In this document: positions 1 to 8,370 of the stretch, one piece after another
Position numbering within the stretch: the first letter of the stretch is position 1
Layout of the letters: each line of letters starts with the position of its first letter
NCBI GenBank assembly: GCA_963727455.1
Contig: CAVSGG010000009.1
Coordinates: forward strand, 448,001-512,000
Direction of reading: 5' to 3'
Source: Candidatus Krumholzibacteriota bacterium
GTDB taxonomy: Bacteria; Krumholzibacteriota; Krumholzibacteriia; JAJRXK01
Length of the DNA: 64,000 nucleotides
Notes under the pieces: model-generated
Databases searched by the model: none
Told to the model about the DNA's origin: nothing
What the model saw: the letters and a program-made list of their open reading frames with translations, nothing else
Translations under genes and position numbers: made by a program

Positions 1-606
1 CAGGTTCGTCTGAAGAATGCCGAGGCGAGCCGCCGTCACCGCAGCCGTCTCGTGGCGTTCTATAGCGTGAGCCAGGTCTTGGCGGACACCAACGACCCCC
101 AGATGGTCTTCGACCGTATCACGGGAATGTGCAAGCACGTCTTCGAGAGCGAGCGCGTTTCCTTGATGCTGCTGGACGCGCGCACCCAGGAACTGGTGGT
201 GCAATCCGCGATCGGGCATCCGAATCTCGATGAGGTCATCGGCTCGCGCAAGAAGCTCGGCTGCGGGATCTCCGGAATCGTGGCGCGCAAGAAGGAGGCA
301 ATCCTCCTGTCCGACGAAGTCTCAGCCGAGGAATTCCCGGGCCACGAGAGGAATCAGGACAGCATTTCCACCTCGATGATCGCGCCCCTGATCGTGCGCG
401 ACGAGGTGGCGGGAATTCTCAGCGTCGCCAATCACAGCTCGGGCATGCGGTACGATGCCGAGGACCTCGCGGCCTTGAAGATCTTCGCGGAGATCGCGGA
501 ATACTCGATTCGCCACTACGAGCAGGCGCAGTGGATGCGCCAGACGATCGAGAGTCTGCGCGGTAAATCCAAAGCGGAATCCGAACCCGAGTCTGCCGTG
601 AGCTGA
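1..606 (+). CDS. GAF-domain protein (5' partial)
   Basis: Frame is open from base 1; GAF hallmarks RVSLMLLD...GISGIVA...SMIAPLIVRDEVAGILSV...YDAEDLAAL. Confidence 0.8.
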   Translation, partial: QVRLKNAEASRRHRSRLVAFYSVSQVLADTNDPQMVFDRITGMCKHVFESERVSLMLLDARTQELVVQSAIGHPNLDEVIGSRKKLGCGISGIVARKKEAILLSDEVSAEEFPGHERNQDSISTSMIAPLIVRDEVAGILSVANHSSGMRYDAEDLAALKIFAEIAEYSIRHYEQAQWMRQTIESLRGKSKAESEPESAVS

Positions 607-624
607 AGCGTCTCCGGATCCGCC

Positions 625-1002
625 TCAGTGATTGCGCTGCTTTAAGAGCTTATCGATCGCGTCGAGGAGTTCTCGCGGCGCGAGTGGTTTGGAAAACGCG
701 AGGTCGGCGCCCAGAATCTTTGCGGGGCGCAGGTAACCCTCCGCACTGGCGCGACCCCCACCGGAGATCGCGATGATCTTCGCGTTCGGAAATTCTCTCC
801 TCAAATCCAGAATCGTCTCCAATCCATCTTGTTCTGGCATGATGATGTCGAGCACCACCAGGTCCGCAGGCTTTTCCCGGTAGGCAGCCACTGCAGCACG
901 GCCATCACCTGCTTCCACGACTAGGTGGCCATGAGACTCGAGCGTACGTTTGAATACCTCACGCACCTGTTGGTCGTCATCCACCACGAGAATGCGCGCC
1001 AT
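625..1002 (-). CDS. Single-domain response regulator (REC)
   Basis: MARILVVDDD, LDIIMPEQDG, ISGGG, SKP; start overlaps the end of the upstream kinase. Confidence 0.9.
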   Translation of the reverse strand: MARILVVDDDQQVREVFKRTLESHGHLVVEAGDGRAAVAAYREKPADLVVLDIIMPEQDGLETILDLRREFPNAKIIAISGGGRASAEGYLRPAKILGADLAFSKPLAPRELLDAIDKLLKQRNH

Positions 1003-2104
1003 GGAGTTCCTCCTCCCTGAGCGGAATCTGTATTTCGAATTCCGTCCCTTCTCCCAATGCGCTTCGGACTTGAATCGTGCCACCGTGCTGCTGAACAATG
1101 CCATAAACCGTCGCCAGGCCCAAGCCCGTACCGCCACCGATTCGCTTCGTCGTGAAAAATGGGTCGAAAATGTGCTCCTGGGTCACACGATCCATCCCGA
1201 TACCCTCATCCCTGACTCGCAGGAATGCGTGCCGTACGGGGCGAGTCGTGGTGGTCTCCTCTTCACTCTTCGCGATGATAGTCCCGGTACTGACTTCAAT
1301 GCGCCCGCCCTTGGGCATCGCGTCCTGAGCGTTCAAGGCCAAATTCAGAATGAGCTGTTGCAGCTGATTGGGGTCCGCGATCACCTCTGCCATTGCTTCA
1401 CCGGGAACGAAGTCGACACGCGTGTTCTCGCGCAGCACGCGTCGTAACAGACCCAGCGATTCTTCGACCACACGATTCAGCTGGATCTTCTCGAAGCTGT
1501 TGATCTGACTGCGGCCAAAGGCCATGAGACGACTCGTCAGTTCCGCGGCGGATTCGGTCGCCCTGCGAATCTTCTCCAGATCCGCGAATTCTTGGGAAGC
1601 GGGATCCAGCTCATCCTCGACGAAGTGAACGTGACCCAGGATGATCTGCAGGATGTTGTTGAAGTCGTGGGTGATTCCCTCGGCCATCTGCCCCAGCGCT
1701 TCCATTTTCTGGGCGTGATGGAGTTCGTTCTGCAGCTTGAGCTCCCGGCTCAAATCGAACTTTACCGCCGCGTAGTTGGTAATCCGGCCCGTTGCGTCCA
1801 TCACCGGCGAAATCGTGGCCTTCTCCTCGTAGAGCGTGCCGTCCTTCTTGCGGTTGATCATCCGTCCGCGCCAGACGTCCCCCTTGGAAATGGTGGCCCA
1901 CAGCGCCTCGTAGAAGGCGCTGGAATGCTGCCCGCTCTTGAGAATCCTGGTGCTCTGACCCAGGACTTCGGCACGCGTATAGCCGGTGATCGCCTCGAAG
2001 GCCGGGTTCACGTACTCGATGATTCCCGCCGGGTCCGTAATGACGACGGATTCGTCCAGGGCCTCGACGGCTGTCAGCATCTGATTGGAAGAAATCTCCG
2101 GCAT
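977..2104 (-). CDS. PAS-domain sensor histidine kinase
   Basis: PAS (ITDPAGIIEYVNPAF...W.GR..N), H-box THDFNN, N-box NLALNAQDAM, G boxes DEGIGM and GTGLGLA. Confidence 0.9.
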   Translation of the reverse strand: MPEISSNQMLTAVEALDESVVITDPAGIIEYVNPAFEAITGYTRAEVLGQSTRILKSGQHSSAFYEALWATISKGDVWRGRMINRKKDGTLYEEKATISPVMDATGRITNYAAVKFDLSRELKLQNELHHAQKMEALGQMAEGITHDFNNILQIILGHVHFVEDELDPASQEFADLEKIRRATESAAELTSRLMAFGRSQINSFEKIQLNRVVEESLGLLRRVLRENTRVDFVPGEAMAEVIADPNQLQQLILNLALNAQDAMPKGGRIEVSTGTIIAKSEEETTTTRPVRHAFLRVRDEGIGMDRVTQEHIFDPFFTTKRIGGGTGLGLATVYGIVQQHGGTIQVRSALGEGTEFEIQIPLREEELHGAHSRGG

Positions 2105-2220
2105 ACGACTCTTCTCAGGGGTGGGGGATTCTCAAGCGGACCGCAGCGGATTGATTCGTGCTGCCCACATCTTGTCCAACGAAGCCGCGCCAGGCAAGCG
2201 GGCGTTCGGTCCAGGGGCCC

Positions 2221-2258
2221 AACAAAAAAGCTCGGGGCAACCAAAGGATGCCCCGAGC
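2221..2258 (-). terminator. Intrinsic terminator
   Basis: Minus strand GCTCGGGGCA-tcctttggt-TGCCCCGAGC (10-bp stem) followed by TTTTTTGTT. Confidence 0.8.
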
Positions 2259-2450
2259 GGAGGAGACCTGAAGGGTGATGACAGGCCCGTAGTTTGCACC
2301 ACGCAGCGATGGCCCGCGCCCTATCCTCCCATCCCGCCGGTGGAAGAACTTCGAGGGGGAAAGCACGGTGGTCAGGTGGAACTCCAAGGCTTCCAGCACT
2401 CGAGAACACCCAGTGCTCCGTGCTCCCCCCTCAAGAATCGGCGGTTGTCC
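2221..2450 (-). ncRNA. Candidate structured sRNA or attenuator leader, family unassigned
   Basis: Bounded by a sigma54-type promoter and a terminator; several nested stems with G-U pairs on the minus strand and a GCAA tetraloop. Confidence 0.55.
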
Positions 2451-2458
2451 GTTTACAT

Positions 2459-2474
2459 TGCACAGCGGATGCCA
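2459..2474 (-). promoter_or_regulatory. Putative sigma54 (-24/-12) promoter
   Basis: TGGCATCCGCTGTGCA, GG-N10-GC spacing; adjacent to a bEBP gene. Confidence 0.6.
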
Positions 2475-2568
2475 TGGGGGACGGAGCATGAACACAATTG
2501 TAACTCGCTTGTTGGCAATATATTATGGAGACAGCCTGAGTGAGAAAAATGGCGCAGATGAAAAAAGG

Positions 2569-2602
2569 GCGATATTTCGCACGATCTCAGGTTGATATTT
2601 CG
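2569..2602. promoter_or_regulatory. Putative bEBP upstream activator sequences
   Basis: GATATTTCG at 2571 and 2594 (23 bp apart); the first lies within the near-palindrome GCGATATTTCGC; 120-150 bp upstream of the predicted sigma54 start. Confidence 0.4.
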
Positions 2603-2708
2603 TCTTTACCGCTGCGCTTGCCCGTTGTTTCCTGCGGAAGAAATCTCCACCCCACGACGGAGGCTCGGCCGGGCGGGCGGTCGATCCTGAGAACCACGGG
2701 AGGATGGC

Positions 2709-4391
2709 GTGAACACTCCAGCGGCTGAGCTGAATGCTCCCACCCCTGGGCCGGACGCGACCCTTGCGAGCCCTGAGCAAGAGCTCCAGCAACTCCTGGT
2801 GGAGACCGCACTGGAGTTCGTGGGGATGTCCGCCGAGGAAACGCCGCGTGGCATCGAATTCGCCCTGAAGAGGACTGCGCGCGCCCTGGGCTGTGACGCG
2901 GGATTCGTCTGCCTCTATCCCCCCGACAAGCAAAGGCTGGTGCTGCGCTATCTGTATCGCGGCGCGAATGTGCCGATCCGGAGATCTTTGCAGCGCGACC
3001 TCAAGTCCAGGTGGTTTCCCTGGGGGATGCAGCTCCACAGTAGTTTGAAGCCGGTCGTCGTGGATGACACACGCCGCATGCCCAAGGAGGCGACAGTCGA
3101 CCGGCGACTCATCGAGACCCTGGGTCTGGTTTCGTTCGTGGCCATTCCCATGTCCGTGGAAGGCGAGCTGATCGGCTCTTTGGGATTCGGCAGCTCCCAG
3201 GCCGACCACGACTGGCTCGAGCTGGAGATCGAGCTTCTGGGCAAGTTGGGCCGGCTGATCACCGGCGCACTTCAGCAACAGCAGGCCGTCGAAGCGCTGA
3301 AAGAGAGCGAGGGGCGGTTTCGCACCGTGGCCTCCTACGCGGCCGAGCTGGTTTTCGATGCCGATCTGGAAGCCCTGGAGGAACTCGCCGTGATGCGCAA
3401 CCGCCATCGAGTCGAGTCCCTCTACGAGCGCGAACAGGAGTCTCACGCGCGCGCCACCCAGGAGCTCGTGGGAGAGAGTCAGGTTCTCACCGCCATCCAT
3501 CATCACATTTCGCGGGTCGCCCCCACCCATTCCACCGTCCTCATCCTGGGCGAGACCGGGACCGGTAAGGAACTCGTGGCGCGCGCGGTGCATCGCGCCA
3601 GTTTACGAGCGGACCGGATCATGGTGAAAGTCGATTGCGGCGCGCTCCCGCCGACCTTGATCGAGAGTGAACTGTTTGGACACGAAAAGGGCTCCTTTAC
3701 CGGCGCGATCCAACGCAAGCTGGGACTCTTCGAACTCGCCGACGGCGGGACCATCTTCCTCGACGAGATCGGCGATCTCCCCATCGAGCTGCAGGCAAAG
3801 TTACTACGAGTGCTTCAGGAGGGTGAGTTCGTGAGGATCGGCTCCACAAATCTGCAGCGAGTCGACGTGCGAGTCATCGCGGCTACCAACCGTCCCCTGG
3901 ACGAGGCGATGAGGGCGGGGGAGTTTCGGCCCGATCTGTTCTACCGTTTGAGTGTCTTTCCCATCGAGATCCCCCCTCTGCGCAATCGCCAGGAGGACAT
4001 CCCGGTCCTGGTGCACCATTTCCTGAAGAAGACCTCGCGCAAGCTCTCGCGGGATGTGTTGAAGGTACCGCGGGAGCTCATGGAGTCCTTCATCGCCTAT
4101 GACTGGCCGGGGAACGTGCGGGAACTCGAGAACCTGATCGAGTGCGCGGCAGTGTTTTCCTCGGGAAACACACTTTCTCTGCCTTACGCTCTCATCTCCC
4201 GCTTGGGCGCCGCAAGCGGGAACGCATCCATCGAGAGTCTTCAGGACATGGAGCGCAAGCACATCGCGGGGGTGCTTCATGCATGCAATTGGCGCGTGAA
4301 GGGTAAGGGAAACGCGGCCGAGCGCCTGCAGCTCAACCCCAGTACTCTCTATTCGCGCATGCGGAAGCTGGGATTGAAGCGACCCCGCTGA
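2709..4391 (+). CDS. GAF-containing sigma54-dependent transcriptional activator (FhlA/NifA-like bEBP)
   Basis: GETGTGKE Walker [31 protein letters not shown]-terminal Fis-type HTH. Confidence 0.92.
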   Translation: MNTPAAELNAPTPGPDATLASPEQELQQLLVETALEFVGMSAEETPRGIEFALKRTARALGCDAGFVCLYPPDKQRLVLRYLYRGANVPIRRSLQRDLKSRWFPWGMQLHSSLKPVVVDDTRRMPKEATVDRRLIETLGLVSFVAIPMSVEGELIGSLGFGSSQADHDWLELEIELLGKLGRLITGALQQQQAVEALKESEGRFRTVASYAAELVFDADLEALEELAVMRNRHRVESLYEREQESHARATQELVGESQVLTAIHHHISRVAPTHSTVLILGETGTGKELVARAVHRASLRADRIMVKVDCGALPPTLIESELFGHEKGSFTGAIQRKLGLFELADGGTIFLDEIGDLPIELQAKLLRVLQEGEFVRIGSTNLQRVDVRVIAATNRPLDEAMRAGEFRPDLFYRLSVFPIEIPPLRNRQEDIPVLVHHFLKKTSRKLSRDVLKVPRELMESFIAYDWPGNVRELENLIECAAVFSSGNTLSLPYALISRLGAASGNASIESLQDMERKHIAGVLHACNWRVKGKGNAAERLQLNPSTLYSRMRKLGLKRPR

Positions 4392-4436
4392 GGCGAGGCC
4401 ACCGCTTCAGAATTGAGGAAAGCTCCTGCTTCAGTA

Positions 4437-5225
4437 CTAAAGCAAGACGCCGAGTCGGGATTTCAGTTTCCGCAGCGCCTGTGCGTGCAATTGCGAGACG
4501 CGGCTTTCGCTCAAATGTAGCATCTGTCCAATTTCTCTCAGCTTCTGACCCTCGAAGTAATGAAGCCGCAGCACGGTCTCTTCCTTGGGTGAAAGCGAAG
4601 GAAGTGCCTGTTCGAGAGCCTCCCACAGGCTCTTACGCTCCATCTCAGCTTGACCGTCGATGGGACTGAGTTTGGCCAAGTCCTTCAGGCTCTGCTCCTT
4701 TTGACTCTCAACCTCACCGCTCTGCATGAGATCGATGAGTGTGGCGATCTCGGTGACGCGCCAGTACTCTCCGAGTCCCATCTTCAGCTCCTCGGCGACC
4801 TCTTCCTCTCGAACTGGCCTGCCCCGTTCTTGCTCGAGTCGACGAGTGGCACGTGTGATTTCCGAGAGAGTCCTGCGGACCGAGCGCGGCACCCAGTCCA
4901 TCTTGCGCAGTTCGTCCCGAATCGCGCCCTGAATCCGGATGCGCGCATAGGACTCGAAGTGGAGGCTTTTTGTGGGATCGTATTTCGCGGCCGCGCTCAG
5001 CAAGCCCAACCAGGCCGCGCTCATCAGGTCGGAGGTTTCGATGTTGGCCGGCAGACACCAGGCGACTTTTCGAACTACGCGGCTGACGAGAGAGGAGTAC
5101 TCGCCAACTAGGGCCTCGCGCCAATCGCCGCCAGAGCTATGGCGCGGATCCTCCTGTTCGAACGAGCCGGTCGGTGTCCGCGGAAGATTTGGTTTCGTCA
5201 AGACTGCCAAGGTTCTTGCACACAT
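4437..5225 (-). CDS. fliA: FliA/WhiG-family (sigma28-type) RNA polymerase sigma factor; start uncertain
   Basis: DLMSAAWLGL, FESYARIRIQGAIRDELRKMDWVPRSVR, region 4 LREIGQMLHLSESRVSQLH. Confidence 0.85.
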   Translation of the reverse strand: MCARTLAVLTKPNLPRTPTGSFEQEDPRHSSGGDWREALVGEYSSLVSRVVRKVAWCLPANIETSDLMSAAWLGLLSAAAKYDPTKSLHFESYARIRIQGAIRDELRKMDWVPRSVRRTLSEITRATRRLEQERGRPVREEEVAEELKMGLGEYWRVTEIATLIDLMQSGEVESQKEQSLKDLAKLSPIDGQAEMERKSLWEALEQALPSLSPKEETVLRLHYFEGQKLREIGQMLHLSESRVSQLHAQALRKLKSRLGVLL

Positions 5226-5258
5226 CCCTCTGGCCAGGGAAAACTTCGAGCAAGAACA

Positions 5259-5274
5259 TGCAATCTCGGTGCCA
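5259..5274 (-). promoter_or_regulatory. sigma54 promoter of the FliA-like gene
   Basis: TGGCACCGAGATTGCA matches the TGGCAC-N5-TTGCA consensus exactly. Confidence 0.8.
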
Positions 5275-5364
5275 CGCACGGGCGGGGCACAATCCGTAGA
5301 TTTGGGCGGATTCGTGGCGATTTGACGGCATTTGTCCAGGACCGATGCTAAAGGGAAGAGGAGA

Positions 5365-6405
5365 TCACAGCAGCGTGGAGCCTTCGAATCCCTCCCAGTG
5401 ATGCGAACGCAGAGCGCGCACGACTTGTTCGGCGACGTTCACCGCCGCGCGTCCCGCCTCCGCGTCCACCTGGGGTTTCTCGTGTTTCCGCACGCAGTTC
5501 AGGAAGTGAGACAGCTCCGCTTTCAGGGGTTCCTCTTCTTCCATCGCCAAGGGCTGCATTTTCACCAGGGACATGTAGTCCAGACTGGAGAGATCCTCTC
5601 CGCGTCGCAGCTTCTCACGCACCGATTGGAGCGCCTCCCGATTCTCCACCATGGACATCAAGAGACCGGTGCGCTTCGCGAAATCCATGGTGAGATAGAC
5701 GGATTCACTGAACACTCGCAGTTTGCGTTCGGTCTTGAGTGCCAGCCGCGAGACTGTCAGATTGGCGACACAGCCATCCTCGAAGATGAGCCGTGCGTTC
5801 GCCACGTCTTCCCGCTCAGTGATGACCCCTACCCCAACCGCGTGGACTTCTTTGAGGGGCGAAGCGCACATCATCAGCACGATGTCCAGATCGTGGATCA
5901 TCAGGTCGAAGACCACACCTACGTCCACCGAACGGAAGCTCATGGGCGCCACTCGATCGATCTCGATAAAGCGCGGACGGAGCTTCAACTCGGATACAGC
6001 ACGGACGGCGGGATTGAAGCGCTCGGTATGTCCGACCTGACAGATCACCGCATTATCCGCCGCCAAGCGCGCAATGGCAGCCGCTTCGCTCGAGGACGAA
6101 GCCAGGGGCTTCTCGATGAGACAGGCGATCTTTCGCGGCAGGAGTTTGGCCGCGACCTCGCCGTGGTGAATGGTGGGAGTCACCACGCTTACCGCCTCGA
6201 TCGACTCCGACGAGTTGAGCAGCTCCTCCAAACTCCCGTAGGCGGCGCACTCGAAATCACTCGCCACTGCGCGCGCTCGCGCCGCATCACTGTCCACGAC
6301 TGCCACCAGCCGCGCATCGCTCAGCTCGTGGTAGATCCTGGCATGGTGACGGCCCATCCGTCCCGTACCGACCACCGCGACCGCAAGGGCTTCGCTCTTG
6401 GACAT
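5365..6405 (-). CDS. Gfo/Idh/MocA oxidoreductase (GnnA-like sugar 3-dehydrogenase possible)
   Basis: GTGRMG, IEKP, GHTERFNPA, DLMIHDLD. Confidence 0.85.
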   Translation of the reverse strand: MSKSEALAVAVVGTGRMGRHHARIYHELSDARLVAVVDSDAARARAVASDFECAAYGSLEELLNSSESIEAVSVVTPTIHHGEVAAKLLPRKIACLIEKPLASSSSEAAAIARLAADNAVICQVGHTERFNPAVRAVSELKLRPRFIEIDRVAPMSFRSVDVGVVFDLMIHDLDIVLMMCASPLKEVHAVGVGVITEREDVANARLIFEDGCVANLTVSRLALKTERKLRVFSESVYLTMDFAKRTGLLMSMVENREALQSVREKLRRGEDLSSLDYMSLVKMQPLAMEEEEPLKAELSHFLNCVRKHEKPQVDAEAGRAAVNVAEQVVRALRSHHWEGFEGSTLL

Positions 6406-6485
6406 CGAAACACACTCCACGGGAATACTGCAGCGAGACTGGCACGGCGCCCGTTGCAGCGCAATGCTTTCCCCTACCCTGGCTC

Positions 6486-7412
6486 TCAGCCTCGCGGCGA
6501 GCCCTGGCGCAACTCCTCCAGCGCAGCCTGAAAATCGGCGGGAAGTCCGCTTTCGACCAGGATTTCGTCCAGATGAAGAAGACTCGCGTGGAGAAGGTGC
6601 CGTGAAAAACTTCCACGGGGGCCTCCATAGGTATCGTCTCCCAACAGGGGATGCCCGAGGTGTGCCAGGGAAACGCGAATTTGGTGCAAGAAGCCGCTGA
6701 CCGGCCGCGCTTCCACCAGCGTGGCCGAGGCAAAGATCTCCAAGGGCTTCAGGTAGCTCAGGCAGCGCCGGCTGACGCTCAGCTTGGTTCCTTCCGGCAC
6801 CACCTCCACGCGGGCAGGACGGTGTCGCGCCACTCTCAGATTCAGTCGCGCTTTGGCCGGCCGTTCGAAGCGTCCTTCGACCAGGGCCTGGTAGACTTTC
6901 TCCGTGCGGTGTGCGCTGAACGCGGCGCGCAGGTGCTTCCAGTTGCGTTCCTCGGTGGCAAAGAGGAGCACGCCCGAGGTGTCCACGTCCAAGCGGTGCA
7001 CGACTCCGCTGCGCAGCCCTCCCTCACCCACCCCGTAGATCTTGGGAAAACGGGAAGCCACGAAATTCAGGGCGGTCGCACTCTCGTCCTCCTTGAGCGG
7101 GTGCACCGGCATTCCCGCCGGCTTGTCCACTGCGATCCAGCCGCTTCCCTCGGCCAGGATTTCCAGTTCCTCGCCCGTGTAGGGCAAGATTTCCTCCGAG
7201 CCGGGGGGCTGGAAGGCCGCCACTTCCACACTCCATCCATCCTTGAGCGCCAGACCCTTGGAGGCGCGCTTACCTTCCACGCGCACGTTCTGCTCCTCGA
7301 GCAAACGCTGCGCGGCGCGGCGCGAGATTCCCAGATGGCGGGTGAGAAACAGATCGAGACGAAGTCCATCGTCGGCCTTCAATACGCGGAAAATCTGTGA
7401 ACTCTGAGACAT
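6486..7412 (-). CDS. RluA/RluD-family pseudouridine synthase with S4 domain
   Basis: RLDLFL S4 start, VDKPAGMPVHP, VHRLDVDTSG, HQIRV, LLGDDTY. Confidence 0.92.
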   Translation of the reverse strand: MSQSSQIFRVLKADDGLRLDLFLTRHLGISRRAAQRLLEEQNVRVEGKRASKGLALKDGWSVEVAAFQPPGSEEILPYTGEELEILAEGSGWIAVDKPAGMPVHPLKEDESATALNFVASRFPKIYGVGEGGLRSGVVHRLDVDTSGVLLFATEERNWKHLRAAFSAHRTEKVYQALVEGRFERPAKARLNLRVARHRPARVEVVPEGTKLSVSRRCLSYLKPLEIFASATLVEARPVSGFLHQIRVSLAHLGHPLLGDDTYGGPRGSFSRHLLHASLLHLDEILVESGLPADFQAALEELRQGSPRG

Positions 7413-7535
7413 CGCGGCACCGTCCTCGCGTCGCGGCATGACAAACCCGTCAACTGGTCCAAGGAGCCCGGAAGCGCTCCACACTCCTTCGGCTTACGAA
7501 GGAAGTGTAGCGCATGCTCCGTCCTACGGCACCGT

Positions 7536-8201
7536 CTAGAGAGAAAGCGAGCGCGGGGAGGCAGTCGTCAGAAAGGAGACCAGCGCGAGAACCAGCGATT
7601 CCAGAAGTTCCTCGTCGCTCATGGACTTCAGCTCGGCGCGCCGCGTTTCGGGAAAGACCACCAGCTCGCTCAGCGCAGCCAGGGTGAACGAGAGTCCGAT
7701 CTGCACGGCGCGCAGGCGGTCGGGGCGCTCGGCGAGCTCGGGGCTCTCGCTCAGCCAGTTGTCCAGAAGTTGCATCGGCTTCTCGAAGTCGTCTCCCTCG
7801 GCCCCTTTGTACCAGCCGCCGTGCCCGCTGAAGGTGCGCAGAGCCCGCGCGCGGGCGAAGCCCAGTTCCTTGCGGTGCATTTTCAGCACGGCCGAGAAGA
7901 AGATCCGGGCCCGCTCCGACAGGGAGACGCCGCCCCAATCGCGCTCTTGGATGCGCCTGACCACCATCGAGATTCGCTGCTCTGCCTCTCTTTCGATGAG
8001 AGCGTCGAAGAGCTCGTCCTTGTCCTTGAAGTAGTAGTGGAAAGAGCCGGTGGAGGTACCCGCCCTGCGCGTCAAATCGACGATCCTGATGTCATCGAAG
8101 TTGTGCCGCTCCATCAGGGCAAGTGCGGCGTCCAGCAGTTTTCGGCGCGTCCTCTGGCCGTGCGGGCTGCGCTGGCGTTGGGGAAGGGATTGCCCTGACA
8201 T
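7536..8201 (-). CDS. TetR/AcrR-family transcriptional regulator
   Basis: TRRKLLDAA...AGTSTGSFHYYFKDKDELF HTH. Confidence 0.9.
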   Translation of the reverse strand: MSGQSLPQRQRSPHGQRTRRKLLDAALALMERHNFDDIRIVDLTRRAGTSTGSFHYYFKDKDELFDALIEREAEQRISMVVRRIQERDWGGVSLSERARIFFSAVLKMHRKELGFARARALRTFSGHGGWYKGAEGDDFEKPMQLLDNWLSESPELAERPDRLRAVQIGLSFTLAALSELVVFPETRRAELKSMSDEELLESLVLALVSFLTTASPRSLSL

Positions 8202-8370
8202 AAACCGATGGGGATTGAGGGTGAATCACGCTGCTCCCACGTTGGTCGCACTCGCCCTGAGGTCAAGGCGAAACCGCGCCAGGCTTGTGGAGAATGGCGG
8301 GGAGGACTAGCATGGAGTGCCACTTTGCTTGGCACCTCCCTCAGCAATCGAGTTTCTCAAGGAGGATCTC

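Noticed and set aside
2260-2320. c-di-GMP-I (GEMM)-like segment GCAAACUACGGGCCUG
   Set aside because: The GGCAAACC-GNRA P2 and the 3' GCCAGUUGCC-type elements are absent, so the RNA is left unassigned
6440-6458. TGGCAC...TTGCA on the plus strand
   Set aside because: Wrong spacing and no gene in that orientation
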